Shown here piece after piece: positions 39,348 through 53,753 of a stretch of DNA of 64,000 bases. The stretch lies in the NCBI GenBank assembly GCA_016788525.1, contig JAEUPD010000222.1:557-64556 (forward strand), given 5' to 3'. The notes beneath the pieces are model-generated. The model worked only from the letters and a program-made list of their open reading frames with translations, was not told where the DNA came from and made no database searches. Source of the DNA: Rubrivivax sp. Lineage in GTDB: Bacteria; Pseudomonadota; Gammaproteobacteria; Burkholderiales; Burkholderiaceae_C. A program made the translations under genes and the position numbers. Within the stretch, counting starts at the first letter, position 1; the number at the start of each line of letters is the position of its first letter.

Positions 39348-39809
39348 CTACAGCGCCCCGCGGCACCCCGGCGCGCCGCAGCGGCAGGCGAGCTTGCCGT
39401 CGTGGTGCGTCTCGCCGTAGTCGACGGTGACCTCTTCGCCCGGCGCGATGGCTCGCCGCGCGTAGAACTCGACGCGGCCGTTGCGGATGACCAGCCGCGC
39501 GTTGGGCTGGCAGCTGTGGTTGGTGAAGCGCATCGGGTCGGTGCTCTTGCTGAAGTCGATGGCCTTGCGCGCACTGAGCTCCACGATCATGATGCGCTCG
39601 CTGCGCGTGGCGCGAATGCGCGCCTCGGCCACGCTGATGGCTTCGCCGCGGATCTCGCCGATCTTCAGCCGCGACGCGATGGGCTCGGCGGCGAAGGCGC
39701 CGTGCCCGTCGATGCGGCTGGGCTTCACCGTGACGGCGAACTTCTGGTACGGCGGGCGCGACACCGGGGGCGATGGCGTCGCGGGCGGGCTCGCGCGGCC
39801 GGTGCGCAT
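39348..39809 (-). CDS. SET-domain protein-lysine methyltransferase
   Basis: GHGAFA, RFTNHSCQPN, EVTVDY, post-SET CRCGAPGCRG. Confidence 0.92.
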   Translation of the reverse strand: MRTGRASPPATPSPPVSRPPYQKFAVTVKPSRIDGHGAFAAEPIASRLKIGEIRGEAISVAEARIRATRSERIMIVELSARKAIDFSKSTDPMRFTNHSCQPNARLVIRNGRVEFYARRAIAPGEEVTVDYGETHHDGKLACRCGAPGCRGAL

Positions 39810-40279
39810 CAGGCCTTCGGGGGGTTCGGCAACTCGACCGCCGGCGCCGGCTTCCAGCCCTTCTTGCGGTGCTCGGCGGTGACGAAGGTGCGGATGCCGC
39901 CGCGCACGAACCAGTCGGCGTGGATGCGCACGAAGCGCGGCGCGATGGCCTTGACGACGTCGTCGCAGATCGCGTTGGTGACCTTCTCGTGGAAGGCCCC
40001 CTCGTTGCGGTAGCTCCAGAAGTACATCTTCAGGCTCTTCAGCTCGACGCACAGCTTGTCAGCCACGATCTCGATGGTGAAGTGCGCGAAGTCGGGCTGC
40101 CCGGTCAGCGGGCACAGGCACGTGAACTCGGGCACCTCGAAGCGGATGACGTAGTCGCGCTCGGGTGCCGGGTTGGCAAAGACGTGCAGGTCCTTGCTCG
40201 GCGTGGTGGGCGGTACCGGCGGCGCCTGGCGTTCGTTCAACGGCGGCGCCGCCGGCGTGCGTGAGGGCTTCTTGGGCAT
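39809..40279 (-). CDS. queF: preQ0 nitrile reductase (short, type I)
   Basis: [31 protein letters not shown]. Confidence 0.95.
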   Translation of the reverse strand: MPKKPSRTPAAPPLNERQAPPVPPTTPSKDLHVFANPAPERDYVIRFEVPEFTCLCPLTGQPDFAHFTIEIVADKLCVELKSLKMYFWSYRNEGAFHEKVTNAICDDVVKAIAPRFVRIHADWFVRGGIRTFVTAEHRKKGWKPAPAVELPNPPKA

Positions 40280-40432
40280 GGTCAAGCGGGGTTGCCAAGG
40301 GTCTTGGCCAAGGGGGCGCGATGCTATCATCCGGCCCACCCAGCGCTCCGTTCGGAGCGCATTTTTCCTTTTGAATTCAAGCACTTGCGGCAGTGCCTGC
40401 GATTCCCGTCGCGGGTGCCGCCGCCGGCCACG

Positions 40433-43400
40433 ATGCGCCTCTCCTCGATCAAGCTCTCGGGCTTCAAGTCGTTTGCCGAGCCCACGCATTTCCAGCTGCC
40501 CGGGCAGCGCGTGGGCGTGGTCGGCCCCAACGGCTGCGGCAAGAGCAACATCATGGACGCCGTGCGCTGGGTGCTGGGCGAAAGCAAGGCCAGCGAACTG
40601 CGTGGCGAGAGCATGCAGGACGTCATCTTCAACGGCAGCGGCCAGCGCAAGCCGGCCAGCCGCGCCAGCGTGGAACTGGTGTTCGACAACACCGCGGCGC
40701 GCGCCGGCGGGCAGTGGAACAGCTTTGCGGAGATTGCTGTCAAGCGCGTGCTCACGCGCGACGGCAGCTCCAGCTACTACATCAACAACCAGCCGGTGCG
40801 CCGGCGCGATGTGCAAGACGTGTTCCTCGGCACGGGCCTGGGGCCGCGGGCCTACGCCATCATCGGCCAGGGCACCATCAGCCGCATCATCGAAAGCCGC
40901 CCCGAGGAACTGCGGCTGTTCCTCGAAGAAGCCGCCGGCGTCAGCAAGTACAAGGAACGCCGCCGCGAAACCGAGAACCGGCTGAAGGACACGCGCGAGA
41001 ACCTCACGCGCGTCGAAGACATCCTGCGCGAACTCTCCAGCAACCTCGAGAAGCTGGAGAAGCAGGCCGAGGTGGCCGCGCAGTACCGCAGCCTGCAGGA
41101 TGCCGGGACGCTGAAGCTGCACCAGCTGTGGTTCCTGAAGCACCGCGACGCGGCCAGCGAGGAAGAGCGCGTGAAGGCCGCCGCCGCCGAGGCGGCCACG
41201 GCGCTGGAAGCGCGCATCGCCGACATGCGGCATGTGGAAGCCGAACTCGAAACGCTGCGCCAGGCGCACTACGCGGCCAGCGATGCGCTGCACGCCAAGC
41301 AGGGGCTGCTGGGCGAGGCGCAGCTCGTGGTGAGCCGGCTCGAGGAGCGCATCCGCTACGTGGTGGAAGGGCGCAAGCGGGCCGAGCAGCGGCTGGCCGA
41401 TCTGCGCGCGCAGAACCAGCAATGGGCCGAGCGCCAGGAAGAGGCCCGCGCCGAGCTCGAGCAGATCGCCGAGCAGATCGTCGCTGCCGACGAGCAGGCC
41501 GCGGTGCTGGCCGGCCAGGCCGAGGAACAGGGCCAGCGCCTGCCCGACCTCGAGGAGGCCCTGCGCGCCGCGCAAGGCAAGAGCAACGCGCAGCGCAACC
41601 TCGTGGCGCAGGTGCAGCAGCAGATCCAGGTGCTGGCCGCCGAAAGCCGCAGCATCGAAGAGCAGGCGCGCGCGCTGCGCACCCGCCGCGAGCGGCTGGC
41701 CGCCGAGCACAAGGGCATCGAGGCGCCCGACCTGCCGCGGCTGGAAGCGCTGCGGGCGCAGGAAGCCGCGGCCCAGGGCCACCGCGAGACCAGCGACGCG
41801 CGGCTGGCCGAGCTGCACGCGCTGGTGCCGCAGCTGGACGAGCAGCGCCGCGCCGCGCAGGAAGACAGCCAGCGCGCGTCGGCCAGGCTCGCCGACATCA
41901 AGGCCCGCCTGGAAGCGCTGCGTGCGCTGCAGGAGAAGGTGCAGACCGAGGGCAAGCTCAAGCCCTGGCTCGAGAAGCATGGCCTGGCGGGCCTGCAGGG
42001 GCTGTGGACCCTCGTGCACATCGACGGCGGCTGGGAGACCGCGCTCGAGTCGGCACTGCGCGAGCGGCTCAGCGCGCTTTCGGTCGGCCGGCTGGACATG
42101 GTGCGCGCCTTCTCCGCCGACGCACCGCCGGCCAAGCTCGCCTTCTACGCCGCGCCGCAGGCGGCGATCGCCAACACGCACCAGACGCTGCCGCGGCTTT
42201 CCGAGCTGCTACGGCTCAACGATGCGGGCTTGAAGGCGCTGCTCAACGACTGGCTGGAAGGTGTCTACACCGCCGCATCTCTGGACGAGGCGCTGGCCAA
42301 CCGCGGCAAGCTGACCCACGGCGAAGTCATCATGACCCGCGAGGGCCACGCCGTCTCGCAGTTTGCTGTCAGTTTCTACGCGCCCGATTCCGAACAAGCC
42401 GGCATGCTGGCGCGCGCGCAGGAGATCGAGAACCTCGAACGTGCGCAGCGCGCGCAGGCGCTCATCGCCGAGGAGGCGCGCGCGCTGTCCGTGCGGCTGG
42501 AGGCACAGTACACCGACGCTTCGCAGCGCGAGCTGGCGGCGCGGCGCGAGGCCACCGAGGCGCACAACCGTGCGCATGCGCTGCACGTCGAGGTGCTGCG
42601 CCTGGCGCAGCAGGCCGAGGCGGCCAGTGCCCGCGGCCAGCAACTGGCCGGCGAGCTGGAGGAAGCCGATGCCCAGCTGGCTGCGCTGGACGAGCGGCGC
42701 GCCACCGGCGAGGGCCGCTTCGAGGAGCTGGACATCGAGCTGGCCGGCGCCCAGGAGAAGCATGCCGAGCTCGACGACGGCGTGCTGGCTGCCGAGCGCG
42801 CGCTGGCCGACGCGCGCGAACAGCAGCGCGCGCTCGAACGCCAGGCGCAGGAGGCCGGCTTCCAGGCCCGCGCACTCACCAGCCGCAAGGCCGAGCTGCA
42901 GCGCGGCATCGAGACCGCCGCGCAGCAGATCGAGAGCAACCAGGCGGCCGGCCAGCAGCTGGAGCTGGAACTCGGCGCCTTCGACGACGCCAGCGCGCAA
43001 AGCGGCCTGCAGGCGGCACTGGCCGTGAAGCTCCAGCGCGAGCAGGTGCTGGCTGCCGCGCGCAGCGAATACGACGACCTGGCGGCCAAGCTGCGCGCCG
43101 CCGACGAGCAGCGCATGGCACACGAACGCAGCCTCGAGCCGCTGCGCGAGCGCATCACCGCGTTGCAGCTGGAACAGCAGGCTGCGCAGCTGGGCGGCGC
43201 GCAATACCTCGAGCAGCTCGCCGGCGCCGCCGTCGACCTCGAGGCGCTGGCCAAGGGCATCGAAGAAGGGGGCGTCAAGCTCTACGGTCTGCAAACCGAG
43301 ATCGACCGCATCGGCCGCGACATCAACGCGCTGGGGGCCGTCAACCTGGCCGCGCTCGAAGAGCTCACCACCTCGCGCGAACGCAAGAGCTTCCTCGACG

Positions 43401-43951
43401 CGCAGAATGCCGACCTGTTGGACGCCATCACGACGCTCGAAGACGCGATCCAGAAGATCGACCTCGAGACGCGTGACCTGCTGGCTTCCACCTTCAACCA
43501 GGTCAACGAGCACTTCGGCCGCATGTTCCCGCAGCTGTTCGGTGGCGGCAACGCGCGGCTGGTGATGACCGGTGCCGAGATCCTGGACGCCGGCGTGCAG
43601 GTGATGGCCCAGCCGCCGGGCAAGAAGAACAGCACCATCCACCTGCTCAGCGGTGGCGAGAAGGCGCTCACCGCCATCGCGCTGGTGTTCGCGATCTTCA
43701 TGCTCAACCCGGCGCCGTTCTGCCTGCTGGACGAGGTGGACGCGCCGCTGGACGACGCCAACACCGAGCGCTACCGCAAGCTCGTCACCGAAATGAGCGC
43801 CAAGGGCACGCAGTTCCTGTTCATCAGCCACAACAAGATCGCCATGGAGATGGCCGAGCAGCTGATCGGCGTGACGATGCAGGAACAGGGTGTCAGCCGC
43901 ATCGTGGCGGTGGACATGGAGTCGGCGGTGTCCCTGGCGGAAGCCGCCTGA
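40433..43951 (+). CDS. smc: Chromosome segregation protein SMC
   Basis: [14 protein letters not shown], long coiled coils, [15 protein letters not shown]. Confidence 0.98.
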   Translation: MRLSSIKLSGFKSFAEPTHFQLPGQRVGVVGPNGCGKSNIMDAVRWVLGESKASELRGESMQDVIFNGSGQRKPASRASVELVFDNTAARAGGQWNSFAEIAVKRVLTRDGSSSYYINNQPVRRRDVQDVFLGTGLGPRAYAIIGQGTISRIIESRPEELRLFLEEAAGVSKYKERRRETENRLKDTRENLTRVEDILRELSSNLEKLEKQAEVAAQYRSLQDAGTLKLHQLWFLKHRDAASEEERVKAAAAEAATALEARIADMRHVEAELETLRQAHYAASDALHAKQGLLGEAQLVVSRLEERIRYVVEGRKRAEQRLADLRAQNQQWAERQEEARAELEQIAEQIVAADEQAAVLAGQAEEQGQRLPDLEEALRAAQGKSNAQRNLVAQVQQQIQVLAAESRSIEEQARALRTRRERLAAEHKGIEAPDLPRLEALRAQEAAAQGHRETSDARLAELHALVPQLDEQRRAAQEDSQRASARLADIKARLEALRALQEKVQTEGKLKPWLEKHGLAGLQGLWTLVHIDGGWETALESALRERLSALSVGRLDMVRAFSADAPPAKLAFYAAPQAAIANTHQTLPRLSELLRLNDAGLKALLNDWLEGVYTAASLDEALANRGKLTHGEVIMTREGHAVSQFAVSFYAPDSEQAGMLARAQEIENLERAQRAQALIAEEARALSVRLEAQYTDASQRELAARREATEAHNRAHALHVEVLRLAQQAEAASARGQQLAGELEEADAQLAALDERRATGEGRFEELDIELAGAQEKHAELDDGVLAAERALADAREQQRALERQAQEAGFQARALTSRKAELQRGIETAAQQIESNQAAGQQLELELGAFDDASAQSGLQAALAVKLQREQVLAAARSEYDDLAAKLRAADEQRMAHERSLEPLRERITALQLEQQAAQLGGAQYLEQLAGAAVDLEALAKGIEEGGVKLYGLQTEIDRIGRDINALGAVNLAALEELTTSRERKSFLDAQNADLLDAITTLEDAIQKIDLETRDLLASTFNQVNEHFGRMFPQLFGGGNARLVMTGAEILDAGVQVMAQPPGKKNSTIHLLSGGEKALTAIALVFAIFMLNPAPFCLLDEVDAPLDDANTERYRKLVTEMSAKGTQFLFISHNKIAMEMAEQLIGVTMQEQGVSRIVAVDMESAVSLAEAA

Positions 43952-43973
43952 GGCGCCGGCGGGCCTGTCGGCG

Positions 43974-47238
<3,265 letters not shown>

Positions 47239-47282
47239 AGCAGCGTCGTGCCCGGCCCGCCAGGCGCCGAGGGGAGAGGAGC

Positions 47283-47816
47283 ATGACGGTACGCGAGATC
47301 CTGAAAATGGGCGACCCGCGGCTGCTGCGCCTGGCGCAGCCGGTGCGGGCGTTCGATACGCCTGAACTTCACGCGCTGGTGGCCGACATGTTCGACACCA
47401 TGGCCGCCGCTGAAGGCGCGGGGCTCGCGGCGCCGCAGATCGGCGTGGACCTGCAGGTGGTGATCTTCGGTTTCGAGCGCAACGCGCGTTACCCCGAGGC
47501 GCCGGCCGTGCCGCCCACGGTGCTGGTGAACCCGCTGGTCACGCCGCTGTCCGATGAACTGGTGGAGGGCTGGGAAGGGTGCCTTTCCGTGCCGGGCCTG
47601 CGCGGCGTGGTGCCTCGGCATGCGCGCATCCGCTATCGCGGCTGGGACGCCCGGGGCGAATTGATCGAGCGAGAAGTCGACGGCTTCCACGCGCGCGTGG
47701 TGCAGCACGAATGCGACCACCTGATCGGGCGGCTGTACCCCACGCGCATGACCGACCTGGGCAAGCTCGGCTTCACGAGCGTGCTGTTTCCGGACCTCGA
47801 CCCCGCGGCCGAGTAG
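47283..47816 (+). CDS. def: Peptide deformylase
   Basis: [19 protein letters not shown]. Confidence 0.97.
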   Translation: MTVREILKMGDPRLLRLAQPVRAFDTPELHALVADMFDTMAAAEGAGLAAPQIGVDLQVVIFGFERNARYPEAPAVPPTVLVNPLVTPLSDELVEGWEGCLSVPGLRGVVPRHARIRYRGWDARGELIEREVDGFHARVVQHECDHLIGRLYPTRMTDLGKLGFTSVLFPDLDPAAE

Positions 47817-47963
47817 CTGCGGCGCGGCGGCTCGCTCCATGGCTTGCGGGCGTGCGCAGCCGCACGCGGCCCCGCGAGTGACGCAGGGCCTCGCCGCGGG
47901 TGGCGCGGCAGACGCGGCGGCCGCGGGGCGCGCAGGCGCTGGCGCCCCCCGCGCGGCGCGCCC

Positions 47964-48878
47964 TCAGCGCGGGGGCGCCGCGCCCAGCAGCCGCTCGAGC
48001 TCGGCAATCAGCCGCCGCGCCTCGTCGCCTTCGGGGATCGGCCGGCCGCTGTCGCGCCACTCGACGGCGCTCTTGAAGCCGTGCGCCTGCGCCTGGCGTC
48101 GGAACCACATACCTTCGGGGTTGTGCCGCGTGATGCCGTCGAAGAGGGTGGCGAACATCTGCGTCTGCTCCAGGCCCATCGTCAGCATCGCCTGATTGAC
48201 CACCATCTTGTGCATCGCCAGGTGCGGGCGCGGCACGCCGGAGATGCGGCGTGCAAGCACCAGCGTGGCCGCTTCCAGTTCGCCGGCGGGCACGCTTTGC
48301 GTCGCCAGGCCCCAATCGGCGGCGGTGCGGCCGTCGATCATGTCGCCGGTGAACATCAACTGCTTGGCGCGCATCGGCCCCAGGCGGTAGGTCCACATCG
48401 CGGTGGTCGGGCAGCCCCACACGCGCACCGGCGGGTAGCCGATCTTCGCGTCGTCGGCCATCACCAGCAGGTCGCAGCACATCGCGATGTCGCTGCCGCC
48501 GGCCAGCGCCACGCCATGCACCATGGCGATGGTCGGCTTGCGGCTGCGCCACAGGGCCATGAAGTCCTCGGTGTAGCGCTTCATCTGAGCATAGTCGTCG
48601 GTCGGCTCCCACGGCCGCCTCTCCTGCTGGCAGGGATGCTCGGTGCGGCCCGAACCGAAGTCCTGCAGGTCGTAGCCGGCGCAGAACGCGCGCCCGGCAC
48701 CGGCCAGCACGATGACATGCACCTCGTCGTCGGCCTCGGCGTGCTGCACCGCGCGGCGGATCTCGCCGGGCACATGCTGGTTGATGGCGTTGAGCCGCTC
48801 GGGGCGGTTCAGCGTGATGCGGGCGATGCGCGGTTCGCCCGCCTGCTTGTTCAAGGTGAGGGTGGTGAAGTCGCTCAT
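47964..48878 (-). CDS. Crotonase/enoyl-CoA hydratase family protein
   Basis: LNRPERLNAI, FCAGYDL, KPTIA.VHG.ALAGG. Confidence 0.92.
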   Translation of the reverse strand: MSDFTTLTLNKQAGEPRIARITLNRPERLNAINQHVPGEIRRAVQHAEADDEVHVIVLAGAGRAFCAGYDLQDFGSGRTEHPCQQERRPWEPTDDYAQMKRYTEDFMALWRSRKPTIAMVHGVALAGGSDIAMCCDLLVMADDAKIGYPPVRVWGCPTTAMWTYRLGPMRAKQLMFTGDMIDGRTAADWGLATQSVPAGELEAATLVLARRISGVPRPHLAMHKMVVNQAMLTMGLEQTQMFATLFDGITRHNPEGMWFRRQAQAHGFKSAVEWRDSGRPIPEGDEARRLIAELERLLGAAPPR

Positions 48879-49069
48879 GGCAGCTCGCTCGGGCGGTGGT
48901 GCTACAAGGCGGGCGCGCGGCCGCCCTTGGCGGGCAGCTGCGGGCCCGCGGCCGAGCATGGCCGCGGCCGGGTGCCCGGCGATCGGGGAGAAACACGGCT
49001 TTACATCGCCTCCCCCATCGTGGCGGGCATTTGCGTCATCGTCGCCTCCACGGCAACCGTTTCACCGCC

Positions 49070-51094
49070 ATGAACGAGACACGTTCCAACGCCGCCGCGC
49101 GCCCCCGGGCCGCGTGGCACGGGCCCCGCGCCAGCGGGTTCGGCAAGTTGATGTGGGGCCTGATGTCGGGCGTGCTGGCCGGCAGTCTGCTGTGGGCGGC
49201 GGGTACCGCCGCACGGGCCACCGAAGCGGTCTCAGACAAGCCGCGCCCCGAGGCCGACCCGCCCGGCCGCGTGGGCCGCATCGCCGACCTGCAAGGCAAT
49301 GTCTCGCTGTACGACCGCGAAGAGAACCGCTGGAGCGATGCCGAGCGCAACCTGCCGCTGACCGCCGGCGACCGCCTGTCCACCGCGGGCGACGCGCGTG
49401 CCGAGCTGCGCGTGGGCTCCACCGTGCTGCGCCTGGGTGGTGGCACCGAGCTGGAAGCCGTGCGGCTGGACGACGAGCGGCTCACCTTCCGGTTGCACAG
49501 CGGCTCGCTCGCGCTGCGCGTGCGCAACCGCGAGAAGGCTGCCGAGATCGACATCGTCACCCAGGAGGCGCGCCTGCTGCCGCTGCGCGCCGGCCACTAC
49601 CGCATCGACCGGCACGACGACGACACCACCTTCGCGGCCAGCTGGCGCGGCGACCTGCGCGTCGATGGCGCGCGGCGTCTCACGGTGGCCCCTGGCCAGC
49701 GGGTGGAGCTGTACCGCGGCCGCGAAGGCGACCTGCGCCACATCTGGCGCGGTGTGCGCAGTGACACCTTCGCGACCTGGGCGCAGGCCGAGGACGAACG
49801 CGACGAGCGCCATGCGCGCTTGGAGCATGTCTCGCCGGAGATGACCGGCGCCGAGGAGCTCGACCGCTGGGGCCAGTGGGACCGCCACCCGGAGTACGGG
49901 CCGGTCTGGTACCCGAGCTCGGTGGCCGCGGGGTGGGCACCCTACCGCTACGGTCGCTGGGTGTGGGTGCGGCCCTGGGGCTGGACCTGGGTGGACGACG
50001 CGCGCTGGGGCTTCGCGCCGTTCCACTACGGCCGCTGGGTGCATTGGGGCAATCGCTGGTGCTGGGCGCCGGGCGCCTACGTGGCGCGCCCGGTCTATGC
50101 CCCGGCGCTGGTGGCCTGGGTGGGCGGGCCGCACTTCAGCGTGTCGGTGAACGTGGGCGGTCCGACGGTGGGCTGGGTGCCGCTCGCCCCGCGCGAGGTG
50201 TACGTGCCGCACTACCGTGCCACGCCGGTGTACATCGACCGCGTCAACGTCAACCCGCGTTTCGTCACGCCGGGGCAGCCGCATGGCCAGCCGGGGCATC
50301 CCCCGCAGACGGTGCCCACCGGTCCCGTGGCCTACACCAACCAGGGCGTGCCCGGGGCCGTGACGGTGGTGCCGCGCGACGTGCTGGTGCGCCGCGAGCC
50401 GGTGGCGCGCGCCGTGGTCAGCCTGCCGGCCGAGGTGCACCGCGCGCCGGTCACGGCGGTGGCGCCGCCCGCGCCAATGGTGGCCACGCCGTCTGGGCCC
50501 GTGGGTGCCGCCGCCGCACCGCCGCGGGTGGAGCCCTCACCGCACCGGGTGCAGACGGCGCCGCGCGTGGGGTTGCCGGCCGGCGACGACGGGCGCGTGC
50601 GCGACCGGCGCGACCTGCGGGAGGGTCGCGAGGTCCGCCCGGGGCGCGAGCGGCGTGAGCCTCAGGAGGGGACCAGCCGGCGCGACAACGGCGCTGCGGG
50701 TGCGCGCCCGGTGGCGCCTGCGCCGGGCATGCAGGCAGTGACGCCGGCCGGAGCGCCGCAGCCGGCGGCCCATCCGGCGCCCCCGACGCCCGCGGCACCG
50801 TCGGCGCAACCCGCGCCCAACGTGACGGCTCCTCAGGCGCCGCGGGTGATCTCGTTGCCTTCGCACGGGGGAGCGGCGCAACCGCCGCGGCAGGCCGCAC
50901 CGCCCACGCCTGCAGCCGCCACGGCGCCAGCGGTTCAGCCGCCAGCGCAGCGCGTGCAGCCGGCCGCACCGCCGCAGCGCGCGCAGCAACCCGTTGCACC
51001 GCCGGCGGCCCAGCGAGGCGGCGGTGACGACGACCGCAAGCGCACCGGCCAGGCGCCGCGCCACGGCGAGCGCGAGCGCGAGGCCTCGCGCTGA
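49070..51094 (+). CDS. FecR-like/DUF6600 exported protein with Pro-rich tail
   Basis: ADPPGRVGRI, N.PLT.GD; WAPYRYGRW..WGWTWVDD..WGFAPFHYGRW. Confidence 0.82.
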   Translation: MNETRSNAAARPRAAWHGPRASGFGKLMWGLMSGVLAGSLLWAAGTAARATEAVSDKPRPEADPPGRVGRIADLQGNVSLYDREENRWSDAERNLPLTAGDRLSTAGDARAELRVGSTVLRLGGGTELEAVRLDDERLTFRLHSGSLALRVRNREKAAEIDIVTQEARLLPLRAGHYRIDRHDDDTTFAASWRGDLRVDGARRLTVAPGQRVELYRGREGDLRHIWRGVRSDTFATWAQAEDERDERHARLEHVSPEMTGAEELDRWGQWDRHPEYGPVWYPSSVAAGWAPYRYGRWVWVRPWGWTWVDDARWGFAPFHYGRWVHWGNRWCWAPGAYVARPVYAPALVAWVGGPHFSVSVNVGGPTVGWVPLAPREVYVPHYRATPVYIDRVNVNPRFVTPGQPHGQPGHPPQTVPTGPVAYTNQGVPGAVTVVPRDVLVRREPVARAVVSLPAEVHRAPVTAVAPPAPMVATPSGPVGAAAAPPRVEPSPHRVQTAPRVGLPAGDDGRVRDRRDLREGREVRPGRERREPQEGTSRRDNGAAGARPVAPAPGMQAVTPAGAPQPAAHPAPPTPAAPSAQPAPNVTAPQAPRVISLPSHGGAAQPPRQAAPPTPAAATAPAVQPPAQRVQPAAPPQRAQQPVAPPAAQRGGGDDDRKRTGQAPRHGEREREASR

Positions 51095-51174
51095 GGCGCG
51101 GGGCGCGAAGTCTCGCGACAGGGGGCAGAGCGCGAAGCCCCGCGCCGGGGCGGGGCGCGCCGCCGGGCGCGGCG

Positions 51175-51912
51175 CTACTTCAGCAGCGGCCGCAGCGCCG
51201 CCCACATGGTCTCGAGGATGCGCGGGTGCGCCTCGGCCCTGGGGTGGATGCGGTCGGGCTGGAACATCGCCTCGGCATCGGGTGCATCGGCGACGCCCGC
51301 CAGGATGAACGGCACCAGCGCCGCGCCCTCGGCACGGGCGACCTTCGGGAACAGCGCGAGGAACGCCTCGCCGTAGCTGCGCCCGTAGTTGGGCGGCACG
51401 GTGATGCCGGCCAGCAGCACGTGCGCGCCGCCAGCCTTCGCGGTGCGCGTCATCTCCACCAAGTTCGACTCGGTCATCGCGATCGGCAGGCCGCGCAGCG
51501 CATCGTTGCCGCCCAACTCGATCACCACCACCTGCGGCCTGTGCTCGCGCAGCAGCTGCGGCAGCCGCGAACGGCCGCCCGACGTGGTGTCGCCGCTGAT
51601 GCTGGCGTTCATCACGCGATAGCCGAGGCGTTCCCGCGCCACGCGCTGCTCCAGCAGCGCCACCCACCCCTGGCCGCGCGCCAGGCCGTACTCGGCCGAC
51701 AGGCTGTCACCCACGACAAGCAGCGTCTTGCCACCACCACCGGCCGGTACCCCAGGCGCTGCGGGTGCGCCGCCCGACGAGGCTGCGCCGCGCGGGCTGT
51801 TTGACCCCGCGCCCTGGGCGGCTGCCTGCCGTGGCGCCGCGACCCACGCCACCGCCGCGATACAGTGCGCGACCGCCGCACCCAGCCAGGCCCTGCGCGA
51901 CTGACGCGACAG
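51175..51912 (-). CDS. tesA: Arylesterase/acyl-CoA thioesterase I (SGNH)
   Basis: GDSLSAEYG, NASISGDTT, ELGGND, DRIHP; Tat-like SRRAWL; start uncertain. Confidence 0.88.
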   Translation of the reverse strand: MSRQSRRAWLGAAVAHCIAAVAWVAAPRQAAAQGAGSNSPRGAASSGGAPAAPGVPAGGGGKTLLVVGDSLSAEYGLARGQGWVALLEQRVARERLGYRVMNASISGDTTSGGRSRLPQLLREHRPQVVVIELGGNDALRGLPIAMTESNLVEMTRTAKAGGAHVLLAGITVPPNYGRSYGEAFLALFPKVARAEGAALVPFILAGVADAPDAEAMFQPDRIHPRAEAHPRILETMWAALRPLLK

Positions 51913-51940
51913 ACCCGCCGCCGCGGCCGAAGAACAACCC

Positions 51941-52657
51941 GTGCTGCCCGTGGCTCCTGTCGCTGAACCCATCATTGCCGTGCGTGCGGTCACCAAGCAG
52001 GTGGCTGATGCCACCGGTACGCTGACCATTCTCCACGAGATCGACTTCGCGCTCGCGCCCAGGGAAAGCGTGGCCATCGTGGGGGCCTCGGGCTCGGGCA
52101 AGAGCACGCTGCTGTCGATCATCGCGGGGCTGGACGTGCCCAGCCGCGGCACGGTGTTCCTCGCTGGCGCTGATCTCTTCAAGCTCGACGAGGATGCGCG
52201 CGCCGAACTGCGCGCGCGCAATGTCGGCTTCGTGTTCCAGAGTTTCCAGCTGCTGGGCAACCTCACCGCGCTGGAGAACGTGATGCTGCCGCTGGAACTG
52301 ATGGGCCGGCGCGACGCGCGCGCCGCCGCCACCGAGATGCTCGGCCGCGTGGGCCTGGCCGAACGGCTCGCGCATTACCCGAGGGTGCTCTCCGGCGGCG
52401 AGCAGCAACGCGTGGCACTGGCGCGCGCCTTCGTCGTGCACCCGCAGGTGCTGCTGGCCGACGAGCCCACCGGCAGCCTCGACTACGCCACCGGCGAGCG
52501 CGTGATGGAGCTGATGTTCGAGATGAACCGCGAACTCGGTACGACGCTGGTGCTGGTCACGCACGACCGCGGCATCGCGGTGCGCTGCGACCGGCAGCTG
52601 CGCATCGAGGCCGGGCGCATCGCCGGCGACACCGCGCGCGACCTCGCTGGCGACTGA
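51941..52657 (+). CDS. ABC transporter ATP-binding protein (YbbA-like)
   Basis: [28 protein letters not shown]; divergent from tesA. Confidence 0.92.
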   Translation: MLPVAPVAEPIIAVRAVTKQVADATGTLTILHEIDFALAPRESVAIVGASGSGKSTLLSIIAGLDVPSRGTVFLAGADLFKLDEDARAELRARNVGFVFQSFQLLGNLTALENVMLPLELMGRRDARAAATEMLGRVGLAERLAHYPRVLSGGEQQRVALARAFVVHPQVLLADEPTGSLDYATGERVMELMFEMNRELGTTLVLVTHDRGIAVRCDRQLRIEAGRIAGDTARDLAGD

Positions 52658-52669
52658 CCCGCGCGGTCT

Positions 52670-53635
52670 TCAGCCCAACCCGAGAAAGGCGCGCACCGGC
52701 TTGACGGTACGCGCCGGGTCTTCCTCGTGCGGCACGTGGCCCAGGTCGTCGAAGATGATGAGGCGGCTGCCGGGAATGGTGCGGCCGAAGTGCTCGCCCA
52801 CCGCCAGCGGGATCATCCTGTCGCGCCGGCCCCAGATCACCAGCGTGGGCGTGCGGATGGTGGCGATGCGCTCGGCGCCTTCGCCCGGGCGCCAGGCCTG
52901 CAGCCGCTCGACAAGCGCGCGCCGGTTGCCTTCGCGCAGCGTGAGCTCGTAGTAGCGCTCGACGAGGTCGTCGTTCACGCGTGCAGGCTCGCCGTAGGCC
53001 AGGGCCAGCCCTTCGGCCACCACCGAGCGCGGCAGCACCCACTCCAGCGTCTTGTTCAGCACCGGCACGCGCGCGACCTTCCAGCCCAGGGGGATGTGCT
53101 CGGGCACGAACGGCGGGCCCGCGGCGTCCACCAGGATCAGCTGGTGCACACGCGCCGGCGCAAGCGCGGCCACGCGCCACGCGACATCGCCGCCCAGCGA
53201 GTTGCCGCCGATGACGAAGCGCGCCACCTTCAGGTGGTCGGCCAGCGCCAGCACGAAGCGCGCGTAGGCGTCGCCGCCGTAGCGGCTGCCGGCCTGCGCC
53301 TGCGCAAAGGCGCCGGTGGCCGGGCCCGTGAGGCCGAAGGCCGGCAGGTCGAAGGTGATGACACGGCGCTCGCCCTTCAGCGCCTTGACCCAGCCTTCCC
53401 AGGTGTGCAGGCTGGCCGAGGTGCCGTGCACCAGCACGATGGGCAGCGGATCGTTGCGCGGCCCTTCGTCACGCAGATGCACGAGCTGGCCTTGCACATC
53501 GATGAACTCCGAGGGCGGGGGGGCCCAGCGCGCCACCAGCGTCTCCACCGGCCGGTCGGGCGCGCGCATGGTGTACACGACGAGCACCGTCAGCATGATC
53601 AACACGCCGAAGATGCGCTGCACCCAGAAGAGCAT
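52670..53635 (-). CDS. Alpha/beta fold hydrolase, N-terminally anchored
   Basis: HGTSASLHTW, DLPAFG, GNSLGG, GHVPHEE. Confidence 0.9.
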   Translation of the reverse strand: MLFWVQRIFGVLIMLTVLVVYTMRAPDRPVETLVARWAPPPSEFIDVQGQLVHLRDEGPRNDPLPIVLVHGTSASLHTWEGWVKALKGERRVITFDLPAFGLTGPATGAFAQAQAGSRYGGDAYARFVLALADHLKVARFVIGGNSLGGDVAWRVAALAPARVHQLILVDAAGPPFVPEHIPLGWKVARVPVLNKTLEWVLPRSVVAEGLALAYGEPARVNDDLVERYYELTLREGNRRALVERLQAWRPGEGAERIATIRTPTLVIWGRRDRMIPLAVGEHFGRTIPGSRLIIFDDLGHVPHEEDPARTVKPVRAFLGLG

Positions 53636-53753
53636 GCGGGCATTCTAGGCAGCTGCGATGGAATACCGTGCGCGCACGGCGCTGCGCGCGCCGGGTGTGG
53701 CGACCGCCCGTGGCGCCCAGGGGCGCGGGGGCGCGCTCCCTACAATGCCTCGC

